A DNA stretch of 63,155 bases, the filler included, from Choristocarpus tenellus KU-1152 (Eukaryota > Protista > Phaeophyceae): NCBI GenBank assembly GCA_964200185.2. It is 9 parts of 9 records of this genome, joined end to end, with 100 filler letters (N's around TTAATTAATTAA, not from the genome) between each part and the next. Parts side by side here need not be neighbours in the genome. Positions count along the whole stretch, not along the records: positions 1 to 6,431 come from CAXNAD020008153.1; positions 6,532 to 17,550 come from CAXNAD020002562.1; 7 more parts are not named here. One strand, written 5' to 3'. The notes below the pieces were generated by a model. It saw only the letters and a program-made list of their open reading frames with translations, was not told where the DNA came from and ran no database searches. Positions within the stretch are counted from its first letter, which is position 1. Every line of letters starts with the position of its first letter. Below are positions 1-12,768 of this stretch, piece by piece. Position numbers and translations under genes: made by a program.

Positions 1-295
1 AACCCCCGGTAGGTTTGTGTTGATTGGTGCACAGAGAGAGAGAGTGGGGGGGGGGGGCGAGGGTGAGTCCATTTAAGAACGGAATGACCTCATGTCAAAC
101 CCCCATGCCCCACATCTGTCTTGACTGTATTTTTGTTTTATTTTCCTGACATGGTTTTGATGTGTGCACAGTATTGTATTTTTTTGCTGGGGTTCTTTCT
201 GGGTAGGAAAATGTGAAGCGTTTTCATTTTTGAATGTGAAGGAAGTAGTAGTTTTGAAAAGAGCAAACACACTGCTATTTTGAAGAGTTTTGTAA

Positions 296-550
296 GGGTA
301 TCTTCATGAAGAGCAAAAAGGGCGATGGTGTTCTTTTTGAGGTGAACGTTTCATAAGAGTATCTTGTTGAGTAGCTAATAAGGCAACAATGTTCTTTTTA
401 AGTTAATACTCAACAAGATACTCTTCTGATGTCAAGTGTTTCAGGGCAGTATCCTGTTGATTAGTTAAGAAGGCAATGATGTTCTTTTCAAGTTAAATGT
501 TTCAGATGAGTGTCTTGTTGAGTCGCTAGAGAGGAAAGACTTTTCTTTGC
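296..550. repeat. Degenerate ~60-bp tandem repeat containing a perfect 19-bp inverted copy
   Basis: About four GAGTATCTTGTTGAGTAG..GTTCTTTT units; 355-373 and 407-425 are exact reverse complements. Confidence 0.7.
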
Positions 551-936
551 CGTTATGTCCTGTCAGCTCCTAACAGACTCCTTATCCTTGAGAGGCCAGA
601 CATGCAGTAGATACATAAAAAAATATGTTGTGCAAATACTTTGAGGAGTGAGGCAGAGTTATAGCTCTGCAGGATCCACAGTGCCTTTCAGATACCATGC
701 GTGCAGAGCCTCCTCCCCCCCCCCCCCCCCCCCCCCCCAACCCCCTCCCCCTCTCATGTTGTTTCCCGCTCCCCCGCGTCTCTCTCAAGAACCAATGACT
801 TACGTATTGTTCAATGATCTGCCTGGTCTATCCCCCGCATCGTAATTTTCTGTAATATCATGCCTGTTGCTTGCATAGCATGCATCACAGACACCACATC
901 CATCTCACCCTGCCCCATAATGTGCTCAAAATTCAG

Positions 937-3900
937 GTACGAGATCATGTGACGAAAGTGGAAGGCCTCGTGCGTTCTGGTAAGGACAAACGCATGTGCA
1001 TCTCCTGTGGGCTTAATCAAGGAGGGCTTATATCCTGCGACAGGTGTGACTCATTCTTTCACCCTCTCTGTGGGGACCATGATGGAGGTGTGACAAGGAG
1101 AGGACACAAGGTTCCGCCTTCGACTTGGAGTGCTACCTGCCCCAAGCATGGCGCCAGGTGGGGCTATGTTCTAGGGGAGAGGGGAGTGTTTGCAAATATA
1201 TAGGTATATAATATACAGTCGGAATATAGACTGAAAGGACTCTTGTGGTAGGGCTTTTGGGAAAATGGAACACTCTGAAATTGCAATGTGTAAGCCTAAA
1301 GATGCATGAAAAACTGAGAAGATTGCAAGCACTATCCCCTTGCCCGTTCCACGAGATCTGATCTCTCCATACCTTGCCACACCTATTGGCAGAACATTGT
1401 TCAAAATGTTGTTCATACCCCTTTAGTGTTGACGTCAAAAAATCCCCCTTGTTTGCTGTCATCCACTTCTTCTGATTCGGTCCGTTTGTTTTCAGACGCA
1501 TTGCCTGTCTCGCCTGGTCTGACCTATTCCTTCCCCTCTCTCTTGCACTGTGCACCCTTCCTGATTGGTTGGTTGGTTGGTTGGTTGGTTGGTTGGTTGG
1601 TTGGTTGGTTGGTTGATTGGTTGATTGGTTGATTGGTTGTTTAGAAGTGGTGCTTCTCGAATACGGCTGTGTGTTGGGGCTGAGGATGAAGAGGTGAAAC
1701 GGTATTTGGCAAAGGCTCACAATCTGGAGAACCTCTCAAAGCAGGTACTTCCTCGGTCTGAATGGAAAACGTGTCACTGCTGCAAGTGAGTGTGTGTGTG
1801 TGAGTGTGAGTGTGTGTGTGTGTGTGTGAGTGTGAGTATGTATGTATGTATGTATGTATGTATGTATGTATGTATGCTGTTCATTGAACGCACGTAGATT
1901 GAAAAAAAATGGTTGGGAATATGAGGCGTATGGTTTGTTTGTGTTGGTTAATGTTGGTGTTGGTTTTTGCTAGGTCGTTGATTCTTTTGTTGTGTATCTT
2001 GAGATTGTAGACCATGTCAGATGCCCCCTCGACGTACCCAGCGTGGTGAAGGTCTTTTTTGTAAGGTTCTGGTGTGAGGTCTGTGCCTTGTCTCTCTCAC
2101 ATCTCGAATGGCACACATGATGTTGGATGGGGACAGCCAAGGGTGTCTCCTCTACTACAGTGTATCCAAGGTTTCTTTTTTTCTAACAAAAGGAGGAGGT
2201 TTTGTGTGTTTGTGTGTAATGAACAATGATTCATTCATCTTGGGTTACTTCCTGCTGGTGTGCAAAACTTTTTTTGGCCTTTGATGCCAGGAATTTTGGT
2301 AACCCCTACCCCCCCCCCCCCCTCCCCCCGAGCAAACTCTGCAATGAACACAGCAAGTATCTCTTTTTAACTCTTTTTAACTAAATGCTCTTTTAATCAT
2401 TTGTTCTAGTTAAAAAGACTCTTAGACTCAAGGTACCGGGGTATACCTTGTGTAGTTACTGCTCTGGCAGTCTCAGATTTGCAGGGGATGAGTTTTCTTG
2501 ATTTGAAGTCTGGAATTTCATGCCTGTTATTTGTTGTAGAGACCTGAAACAAGGTACCTGACAGAAAAAGGTATCTCTCCTGCTCCGCATGGATTTATGC
2601 CAACCACTTATCTTAGTTGAAGTCCTTCAAATCCGAGTAGGCAATGTATAGTAACTATTTGTTATTGGTATAGTAACTATTTGTTATTGGTATAGTAACT
2701 ATTTGTTATTGGTATAGTAACTATTTGTTATTGGTATAGTAACTATTTGTTATTGGTATAGTAATTATTTGTTATTGGTATAGTAATTATTTGTTATTGG
2801 TATAGTAACTATTTGTTATTGGTATAGTAACTATTTGTTATTGGTATAGTAACTATTTGTTATTGGTATAGTAACTATTTGTTACTCTGGTAACCGAAGT
2901 GAGAATACCAATCAAAAGAGCAGCTATCAATTTCCATTGGATTATCCTCATTGATGTATCAATTATTTGTATAATTTGTCTCCATTCCATCCCGGCAGTC
3001 TTTTGGCTTGCTCCATTAACAAGAGTGACATTTTGTCCCTTCAACAATTCACTCCAACCAGTCATGATCATCATGCCCATGGCCTTCACAATGTGTTACC
3101 TTTGCCTCTTGTTGGTAGTAAATCCTGACTCTAAAGCCTTCCTTGCCAGTCTGTCTCTATGTCGTGATTGCTGCTGGCTGTTTCTTATGAGCACTTGCCC
3201 CCCCATGTACCTATTTTGTTTGATGATATTATCATGCAGGGCAAAGAAGGCATGGATCGTTGACTGCGGAACCTGTTTTGCGAGGTGGTGTCCAATGTGT
3301 ATAGCTCGACACAGGTAGCCCAGAAAAAGATACTGCCTTTTGTGCACTCATCATCTAGTAGGAAATCATTCCATGATATGGTCTATTCTGTAATATTTTT
3401 ATTCCATTATGTTTAGTCAATGATAGGTCTATTTCATTATGTCTATTCCATGATATGTCTATTCCATGATATGTCTATTTCATTATGTCTATTCCATGAT
3501 ATGTCTATTCCATGATATGTCTATTCCATGATATGGTCTATTGCGTGATACGGTTGAGGTGTCCTGATGTTCATCATAGAGTGTGGGGGCAATATAGCTT
3601 GCCCAGTTTTTGAACTTCGAGGATGAAAATTTGTACCCATGTTGATGAGCTCAACAAGAGGATTCCGAATTCAGTCTTCAAATTGATATTTAGAACGGTC
3701 AAGACCTTTCTTTTTTGGGATCATGAAGTTGAGTGCTGTGATGATGTCACTCTGAGAGGAGTTGGCGCTAAATGCCTGACTGATGTGCTTTGATAGGTGT
3801 TAGTGAGTTACGCCTCCCATCTGAAACGACAATGTGTGTGTTATGGGCATTGATCGACAGAATGTTTCTGTATGAATCATAGCTGAAAGGATACATAGAT

Positions 3901-6431
3901 CAGGTCACATAAGAATCCAAGCCCCAAGTCTCTAGGTTGCCAAGTGATTTGCTACAGAGCAATCCAGAGCGACTCAGAGCTGATGCTCAGGCGAAAGTTT
4001 GAACCCCATTTTCTCAAAAAGTAGATTTTTTTTTTCCTGATATACTGAGAAAAGGCAGCTTCTTCAGAACGTGAACAATTTGGTATCTACTATCTACTAA
4101 ACAGTCTTGAAAGGGGGATGTGTGATCTAGTTTTCGCAACTCAGAAGTAAGAATTCTCTTTTTCAACAACTAAACTAACACAGATGCCTTTTTTTTGCTC
4201 TTTTAAATATATATATATATATATATTTTCTAACAAAAACGTGATTTTTTGGGATGACCCTATATATACCCGAATCCAGGCTCGAACCTGTTCTCCGAAT
4301 AGGTGTTGACCAGATTGAATGCTAACAGTGGTTTAGTGGTTGAAATGGAATAACTTGATTAATGTTTGGGGGAGAAAAATCCTGACTTTTTTAAATTTCT
4401 TGTGACCACCCTTTTGTTGGGATGGGTTGGGTTATAGATTTTCCAAGCTTATTTTGGTCAGTATGAGCAACGTTAGAAAACTTTTGGAGGGTATCAATTT
4501 GGGATGGTGGGATTATTGTGAGTTTTGTGGGCATGGTGTAGGCCATTGAACATTTCTTAAGTAGGATAGCACACCTATCCATGTGCGGATATGATTCTTA
4601 CCAAGCAGGAAGGGTTACAGTGAATTTACTGAGGTTTTGACCCTTAACTTATGGAAATTTGTATTTTTGGCGATGATAGAGAGAATGTGTGATGGTGCAC
4701 TTTGGTGATGATGCTACTGCTGCCAGCAGTATCAATATTTTTAGGGGGGGATTGAATTTGATCATATTTTGATATGTTGAAATAAATATAAGCCTTATGT
4801 TACTTCCTGGAAGGCGGTAAGTTGATCCTCATCCCGCCTCACCTCCTTGCCCCCTCAGAGGTGCGCCAGAAGAGGTCAAGTCTGCTGTCATTCACTCTGG
4901 GTGGGAGTGCTATTCCTGCAAACGCACATGTACCTGTGCTGCTTGCCGACGAAAATACGGGACAGTAGCCTCTGGCCCAGGGTTTAAGAAAGCAGAAAAG
5001 TTTGACAAGGTAGCTACGCTCCGTGCCCAAAGTTCAACCAGGACCTCTGTTGGTAACCATTCTGAGGCGGGAAGTCTCTCCAAGAAGAGTAAGACCGGGT
5101 CATCGTCCTCTGTGCCTACCTCTTGGAGGTCTTCTGTGAAGGGGGTGGGATCGTTGGAGAAGGCCGTCGCTGGCCCCCCAGCTGGTCCCCATCGCCGTGG
5201 AAGGTCGCTCCAGACTGTTTTGGTGTCTTTACCCACCTCGCCCTCTAGGAAGTTGTCCTCCATGAAGTTGATGCTGAAGAAGGGATCCGTGAGAACAGAG
5301 GGTACATGTGGAAGCCGGAAGGGAGAGGATGGAACCGGTGGTGCTAGTGGTGCTAGTGGTAAGACGGTGAAAAGGGATGCAACTAAGGACCAGAGTAGAA
5401 GTTGGACGAGGGTGAAGGGAGATGCTGTCAAGAAGGTGGAGGGTAACACTAGGGGTGTGACGGTGAAGGGTACTAGTAGCAGTGATAGGGTTGAGACTAT
5501 CAGCAAGGTTGAGACGAAGCCTGCTGGGCTGAATCGCAGGGCCAGGAGCAAGGGTAGTAGAAAGGCTGCAGTGAAGGATGGACTCGAGGTCAAGCCTGAA
5601 GGGAATACTCGTAAGTCCAGTAGTGCTGGGAGTAAGAGTGAGGGGCGAGGGGTGAAGACCGAGCTTAAGGTAAACAGTGAAACAGGGTCTAGGTTGGGAT
5701 CAGAAGGGGGGGAGGGGGAAGGCGCGTCCAAGTCTACGAGGAAAAAGACTGTGTCAGGGAGAGGAGTGACAGTGGCACCTGTGATGCCCGTGGCGCCTGT
5801 AACACCGCCACCATTACCACCTCCCCCTATAGCAGATGTTTCTCGGAACGGATGCTTGTCAAGGAAGGTTGTAGAGGGTGTTGCCAATCAAAAGGTTTCT
5901 TCTTCTGTTGAATTCTCTTCCCGCTCTAGGGCTGTGTCTGGGGGCCATGGAGCTGATGCTGTGGCGGCTGGGGTGGTGTCCTTGACCAAGGGTGTGGTGT
6001 CAGGCAAGACAGCGTCAAGACTCAAGTTGGGTGCGGGAAAGCATGGTAGAAAGCAAGACAAGAGCAAGGGTTCATCAGTGGGCAAGGGCGGTGAGAGAAG
6101 TGGTGACAATGGTGGTGATGAGGGGGTTCTCAAGGAACACAGTGGGGTGTTGAAGTGTACTGGCGTGAGAGGGAAGTCCTTGATGAAAAAGCAGGACACC
6201 AAGTCCACTGCCAGTGCTGTATCGCCTCCGAAGGTGTCAGTAGTGGCTGAGTTGGGGGAGAGCCGCATAGTTGTTGAGCCCAACAAAGTGGCAACTGCCA
6301 CTACAGGGAGTTATAGAAGGGGGAAGGCGAGTTCAGTGGAGGCTGACAAATCAGTGTTGCTGAGGGAGGGGAAGAAGTGGCAAGCAATGCACGCAGAACA
6401 AGTGGAACTTAAAGGTGGGGGTGGGCTGGGG
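937..6431 (+). CDS. Partial multi-exon gene: extended PHD (zf-HC5HC2H-like) finger + zf-4CXXC_R1 (CDCA7/R1-type) zinc finger + long S/G/K-rich disordered tail
   Basis: Phase-consistent GT-AG exons 937-1157, 1645-1785, 3240-3314 and 4859-6431 (open to contig end). Exon 1 has [22 protein letters not shown] (ePHD second half). Exons 2-4 splice to [66 protein letters not shown], the zf-4CXXC_R1 pattern. ORF 5112-6479 is the same frame. 5' and 3' ends are missing. Confidence 0.85.
1562..1876. repeat. Microsatellites (TGGT)n, (GT)n and (GTAT)n flanking exon 1645-1785
   Basis: Direct inspection. Confidence 0.9.
2646..2884. repeat. 22-bp minisatellite (GTATAGTAACTATTTGTTATTG) x~11
   Basis: Near-identical units; two adjacent units share a C>T change. 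Confidence 0.95.
3368..3545. repeat. Degenerate 15-18 bp minisatellite (TATGTCTATTCCATGA)
   Basis: About 10 imperfect units. Confidence 0.85.
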
Positions 6432-6531
6432 NNNNNNNNNNNNNNNNNNNNNNNNNNNNNNNNNNNNNNNNNNNNTTAATTAATTAANNNNNNNNNNNNN
6501 NNNNNNNNNNNNNNNNNNNNNNNNNNNNNNN
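6432..6531. other. Artificial contig spacer N44-TTAATTAATTAA-N44 (six-frame stop linker)
   Basis: Identical 100-bp spacers at 6432, 17551, 26738, 31720, 34761, 39276, 43343 and 48939. Confidence 0.97.
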
Positions 6532-6832
6532 GAAAAGAGGGGCCCCAAACGGGACCAGCGCCACCCCCCCCCCCCCCCAGATACTTTGAGCCTTGACACC
6601 GATAGCAACATACTCAATCAAGTCTTTTTATGACCTACCTATTCCTGTGAGGGCTAGAATATGTGGTTAATCAGTCATAGTGGGCTTCTAGTGCGTTTAT
6701 TGCCTCATGTAGGTGTGAAGCATTGCAAACTCTTTGAATCTCCTAAGAATTTCTATCCAGCACTGTCCCTTGTTGCTCATTTTGTGATTTTCACATCTCT
6801 TCTCCTTTACGTTGTTTCCTGAACCCACAAAG

Positions 6833-9800
6833 TTTTGGGATGTGGGAGGAAATCCTAGCAGAGCAGCAGTACAAGGATGCAACAATGTACCCGACAGGTG
6901 TGGCATCAGGTCACTACGCCCGTGGCATGGCCTATGCTGCTCTAGGTCTTATTGCTGAGGCTGAGGCTGAGCAGGTGGGATGTGCTTTGTATTGCAAATC
7001 GGCAATCTGGGGTATAAGTTGACTCCGCGTGGTCCTCACATTCCATCACTTATGGATTGTTCTCTTTTTGTGGAGAGGGTGACTAGTCATTTTTGCTTCT
7101 TCCTGTAGATATAAGACCTTTCTTTTTTGGACAGTGTTTGCTAGTCCCATATTTTTTATGGTTAGACAATGGCAAGTAAAACATCTTGCCAACACAATGG
7201 TTTGGTGTATTGGCAGGGCTCTGTGCAATATACACATTCTTTCTTCGTGGGGCATTGGGAAGATCCGTGGAATAGGTGTTGACAATGAGCTTTGAGAGCA
7301 CAGCCTATGGCAGCAAGCTGTGCACATCAATGACTGTGGCGTTTCTTCATACTAAAATTTGACCAGATGTTCTAATAATAAATGCTTCTTCACACTCAGC
7401 TCCACTGGATGCATTGTTTGTCCACTTTACCCATCCACCTAGTTTTACGAGGTGAAACTGTCTCTTGACTGCTGTTTACATACTCCTTCCTTGCCTGTGT
7501 GCCCATGGCTACATTTTTCCTCCACCTCCAGGAAAAGTATGCCAAGGACATGCGAAATCCTGCGCTGGAAGGTCGCATGATTCACAACAGTGAGAGCAAT
7601 ACACTTCCGGACATACAAGATCATTGTCTATGTCTCCAAAGTAGTGCTAAGATTGGGATAGAGCAATATGGTGCTTTCTCCTCGCAATCTAACTCGACAA
7701 CCAAATTGCGTTTTAAATCAAGGGAAGTATGGGAAAGAAAAGGGGATGCTCTGTTGATGCAAACTATCCTGACATCTGCATGTCAGCTTCTCAAGCATGA
7801 GCCAAAGTATCTTAGAGGGTAGAACCGCGTCCATTTCGGGGTCAAATTCCAATATTCCGATTTTGATGTAATTTTGACTATCATGTTTTTGAGGAAGTGT
7901 CAATATCCTTGTTCCGGACACACCTCTTCATAACGTGCAAATTTTACCTACTCCTAAGCATATCGGAGTAGGAAGAAGTCATAAAACACCTGTGGGAAGC
8001 CAAGTCCCAAATAGACAAACAGGGCAAAACTCGTACCCTCTAAGATACTTTCACTCGCATCATTATCAGCTCCTTTTAGTGCAACACTAGCGGAAAGTTT
8101 GTGTGTAGTCAGCATTTTTCATCTCTTACCAAACAGATGTATTGCAGACAGGCTGGAAGTCACTCATTGAACACGATTATCTTTTTGCTCGAATTCTACG
8201 TCAATTGTACAAACTGGAATCTCGCCACCAACCACAACTCTATCGCAGATGCAGTGATGTCAATGGAAGACCCCTGTGTGCTGAAAGTTGGGGAGTCAAT
8301 GTTATCAGGAGAGATTGAGTACCGAAAGGGGAACTATGCCATTGCCTTTGAACATCTTCGTGAGGCTGTCAGGTGCGTATGCCATTACAAAGGAATGATA
8401 CCAACATTACGATTTTGTCACAGTGTCTGTGGAAAGGGTTGTACATTCCCTTACTTGAGCATATGTGTTGTCGGTAGATGGAGAAGTGGGGCTGTCCAAA
8501 GGGTTTTATGTCATCCCTGATTTCTAGAATTGCACTTCCAGCTCATAGCAGTAATTGCTGTGGTATGTTTTTGTTTGCTGCAAAGTACTGTGGGTTGCAA
8601 TAATGCCAATGAAATTTCGTGTCTTGTGTACTACATGATCGAAACGTTTTAGGAAGGTGTTCTAGATGCTCAGCTATGGCTTGCTGTAGTATGCACAATG
8701 TTACTATCGAGTTTATTTTTATATTCAATATTGGGTCAACCTCCCTTATTCCTTCCCAATCACAAGCGCAGGCATGATATGGGCCTGAAGTATGATGAGC
8801 CCTGGGGTTGGATGCAACCCACACGTCATGCCCTTGGGGCGCTGCTGCTGGAGCAAGATCATGTTGAGGAGGCAACTGAGGTATTCAGGTTTGTGTTGTT
8901 GGAAATTCTCCGAAGGATGCTTGTTGTTCAAACAGGTCCTATTGGATCCCCACAAACATTCTTGTAGGCAATCGGACATTGGTGTCCCTTTTTTCGGCAA
9001 GTTATTCCATAAATTATACCTTAAACTGTAAAATGTTTGGGTTCGGTGTGGACACACCCCACGGTATTGAGCTACACTGAATGGCGTTGAGTGAGAGGTT
9101 AGTCAACCTCCATTTAATTGAGAAAGGAGAGAATTACTCACATCCAAGTGTACTATACCCCTAAAATCGTCTGCACCCACACTATATCCGCCTTATCGTG
9201 CAGGGTGGATGTGAAATTGTACAGAGATAATATGTGGGGACTCCTTGGACTTTTTCAGTGTCTTGAGAAAGCTGGTGATCCTCAGGTGAATAAAGTTTGC
9301 ATTTATTGATCTGGTGAATAAGCAACTTTGTTCTCCAGGTGTACTGGGAGTTTATTAAACTTCAATAGTTCAGTGTATGTGCTACACCTCTGGTCTCCTT
9401 GATGGTGACTGAACCTGCTCTCACCGTTTTCTTTATTATCTTGTTTTCTTCCAAAAGTATGTTTTAAGACCATGACTGACTGCCTTTGGAAATGTGATGG
9501 CATCAAGCAAATATTTTTTGGTGAATGTTTACTGTTGACATGCTGTTGTATGCTTGGGAGTGTCCTTTGTTTTTACACAGAGACCATGCCCTGTTCTTTG
9601 CTGGCTAAATCACTGCACTACCGATACGTCCCCCGTTGCCCCCGATTTCCCTATTCTTACAATTCACGGCAGTAGTGGCAATGGATGACGTGCCGACCAC
9701 GACATACAGACAAAATCACATTTCGTGTTGTTGTGCATGCATTTTCTCAACGTGCCACACACATTCCCCACGGGCTACTTCAGCAGAGTACTGAAGTTTT

Positions 9801-10128
9801 GGGGTTTTTGTGTTTTCCATGTAAGGAGTTTTCAAACTTAATACTCTTCAAATGAATATGTGAAGAAACAATGGACAAAGGATTTTACCACACATATGCA
9901 TAGATTGTACTGGATTACTGTTTGTGGGGTGGGGACACACAATACTAAATCATTTTTGCTACACCCCAAATATTAAACCTGCAGGCGGATATTGTGAAGC
10001 AACGCTACACCAAGGCTGCTGAGCATGCAGATAGCAAGCCCTCTTCATCATGCTTCTGTGCACGTGGTACTGATACCATACATTGCCCGCAAGAGCTAGT
10101 CAAGGCTCAAGGTTTCTGCTCAGATTGA
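6833..10128 (+). CDS. 3' part of a TPR-domain protein (family known mainly from fungi and bacteria)
   Basis: Phase-consistent exons 6833-6974, 7532-7589, 8249-8372, 8772-8888, 9204-9285 and 9985-10128 (TGA). Motifs FGMWEEIL, HYARGMAYAALG, MLSGEIEYRKGNY..AFEHLREAV, YDEPWGWMQPTRHALGALLLEQ, DNMWGLLG and SSCFC match this TPR family. Confidence 0.88.
7799..8056 (-). mobile_element. MITE family 1 (~257 bp, 23-bp TIR), in a TPR gene intron
   Basis: TIRs GAGCCAAAGTATCTTAGAGGGTA / TACCCTCTAAGATACTTTCACTC; flanked by GCAT on both sides. Confidence 0.9.
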
Positions 10129-10959
10129 GGTAGTCCGCTATGGTTGTTTTGTTTGTTGCCAAAGAATGCATTTCCAGCCTGTGTCTAATGATGTTCCTTT
10201 TATTGGTACTTTTGATATGTGTACGAAGGAGGAAAGGTGCCAATGGTCTCACGAGGTCAAGGCTAAAAAGTAAGGATAATGTGTGTTTGATCGTGGTTTG
10301 ATTTGTGACAGCATGTGTGAAGTCAAAATGTATGGTTGCTTGTAGCTAGAGACTGCTGGATGGCACAGGTGAGTTGAGAGTGGACTGGAGAACTGACATA
10401 GCTTGCACTGCCTTGGAAAAATAGTAGGTCCATTCCATTGTGTTTCATCATGGGGTCTGTGGGGCAGACCTTGGTTGGCCACAGTTATGCTGGTTGTTGT
10501 AATATCAAGTAGCAGAATTGACACATCAGTATTCAATATTAGAGTGCAATGCTACCTGATTTAAGTATAATGCCTTTTGGGGACATCATTCCATTGAGCT
10601 AGGAGTGTTTTACATACATAAATCTTTGTGTTGCCCTGTTACCTTGAGATAAGTGTAAACCGTAAGTGGCAAGAGACATCCCAATCGTTTGTTGCTTGTA
10701 CATGTGGGATGCCTTAAATGTGAAAAAAAAGGTATATACAATTATAAAAACAAATGTGCAGGTCAGTGCATGAATCACTATTTTCAACAGAACACCTTCC
10801 TGTTTAAGAGAACTTCGTGCCTATCCAAACCTTTTTCTGAGCCATGTTGGAACTCTCACCGACCTGGGTCTTCACAGGAATGTTAGCCTCGAGTTACTAG
10901 AGGATGCCAATATCGAGTGTAAAGGAGAGGATACCTATCTGCTTGATGTATCATACAAT

Positions 10960-11850
10960 CTAATCTGTTCTGTACATCTTTATGCTGAATGGAGGCCCTG
11001 TCACCTGGTTGAGCAAGAAGCAGTCAACGGTCTCCCTGTCCAGCACGGAATATGAAAGCCACACCCTCAGCTTTGCGGCTCAAGAAGCCCACCACCTTCG
11101 CAGCCTACTCCCCTCTCTCGGTTTTGATGCCAAGACTCCACTGATACTACATGAGGACAACCAAGGCACTCTAAATCTGGCGAACAACCCGGCATACAGC
11201 CCACGCACTGAGCACGTCGGGGTCCGTCTCGCCTTTCTTTGGAAAACCGTGGCTTCTGGCATTTCGTGTTGTCCATCTGCAAAATAGGACAATAGTGAGG
11301 TGTAACTTATTTTGTGTATGAGAGATGTAACTAATGAGATAGTACATAGGGATTATGAATGGGAATATGTACGGGTTTTTATTCGGCATTTAACTACTTT
11401 GACATAACAATGGACTTGTGTATGAGGCACAAATAATAATAAGACAAGCAATGAGAAGACACCCCACAAAGAAAGGTCACTCTTCTATTTCATCCATTCT
11501 TTCCACGTCAGCAAAGGGGATCGTGTGAGGCTTCACATCTTCTTGTCTTCACATCTGATAAATAGCATTACCTCCCATGCACAGTCCACATCTGCACCAA
11601 GGATCAACTTGCTGACATTCTGACGAAGAACCTACAACGCGTTCGAGTTGAAGACCTTCGTTCAAGACTCCTCACCACCGCCAAGGACGTTGGACTTTTC
11701 GTCTTCTTCATTCCGCATTTTTTTTGTATTCACTACTGTGTGCCTTCAGTTTAACTTGTTTTTTTATTTTTTTACTCTTCTTTTGTTCGTCGTAGCCTGT
11801 ACTTCACTCTCCTTCAGTAGTGTTCCACTTCTTTCAGTCGGGGGAAGGTG
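10960..11850 (+). mobile_element. Ty1/Copia 3' relic: RNase H plus polypurine tract
   Basis: GGPVTWLSKKQSTVSLSSTEYE..EDNQG..NP...RTEHV; resumes after an insertion as HICTKDQLADILTK (~11588-11630). PPT-like GGGGGAAGG at ~11840. Confidence 0.85.
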
Positions 11851-12768
11851 GTAAAACATAGGCTACTCATTTGTTTCTTCTTGATACGATACAAAACTGC
11901 CTACGTGTACTGAATGTTGATTGGTGCACTGCACTAGTTGTTATTGACCATTTATTTATTGCACATCCCAACTCATCATCGCATCGTTAACAGTAGATAG
12001 AAGTATAGCATCAGTTGATATTCAGTTGATACACATCACATACAGGAACATCATAGCAAGCGCCATCCAAGATGCTTCGGATCTTGTTCCAAGCGCACTC
12101 CACTGTTACCTTCTGTTTCGTCTTTGTTGTTGTCTGTCATCTCTGTTCTTTTTTTTATAAGCATAATAAGAACCCAGATGCAAGTTAGTTGTTGGTTATT
12201 ATCTTTTCATTGGTTGTCATTGCCCCCTCTTGAGTGCATCAAGCTCACTCTGCAATACGTGCCCCTGACGCACACCTGGATGTAATACATACAGAGTTAA
12301 GGCCATCTACAGAAACCCTTGCCAGTCAAGGTAACAAGCCTCTCCACAGAGCATGAACTTGTTTCGTTGAGTATCTCATGAAATAACACTGAATTCACAT
12401 TACAACATTCTTGACTGAGAGATTAATGACTTCAGTAGCAACAGAATAAATACATCGGTGCTTTGCAGCACAACCACATCTACTCATACCACAGACTACG
12501 CATTTTAATCATCAGTGCTTACAACACCGTGATTCCTCTTCACTCGTAGTCTACGCATTTTGCTAACATGTACGATGCATTCGATTCAGGCTTCAACAAG
12601 TCGTAACGTAAAAAGCTTTTAACATTTGCAAACAAAAAGTAGTCAGAAGCAGGACATGTAGCAACTGTTGCATCTGCTCTTTCTTGCTCCTCACAACCTT
12701 TTTGGGGCGTGGGTGAAGTTTCTTTTAAACCTCATATATGTGTTTTCCCACCTTTTCATACTGCTGGT

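Noticed and set aside
1133-1720. 195-aa ORF with QPTN repeats
   Set aside because: Translation of the (TGGT)n microsatellite.
2011-2075. Candidate extra exon [18 protein letters not shown]
   Set aside because: The zinc finger is complete and in phase without it, and its donor site is ambiguous.
2646-2884. CRISPR-like regular repeats (also considered for 45540-48290)
   Set aside because: Head-to-tail units with no unique spacers, no cas genes, and a eukaryotic context.
4910-5887. 325-aa minus-strand ORF (and 5888-6301)
   Set aside because: Antisense shadow of the long low-complexity plus-strand exon.
6476-6487. Recurrent TTAATTAATTAA palindrome
   Set aside because: Always centred in 44+44 Ns; an assembly linker, not biology.
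12585-12660. Minus-strand CPASDYFLFANVKSFLR, resembling mariner SPDLAPSDYxLF
   Set aside because: A single short motif with no supporting upstream DDD motifs; could be chance.
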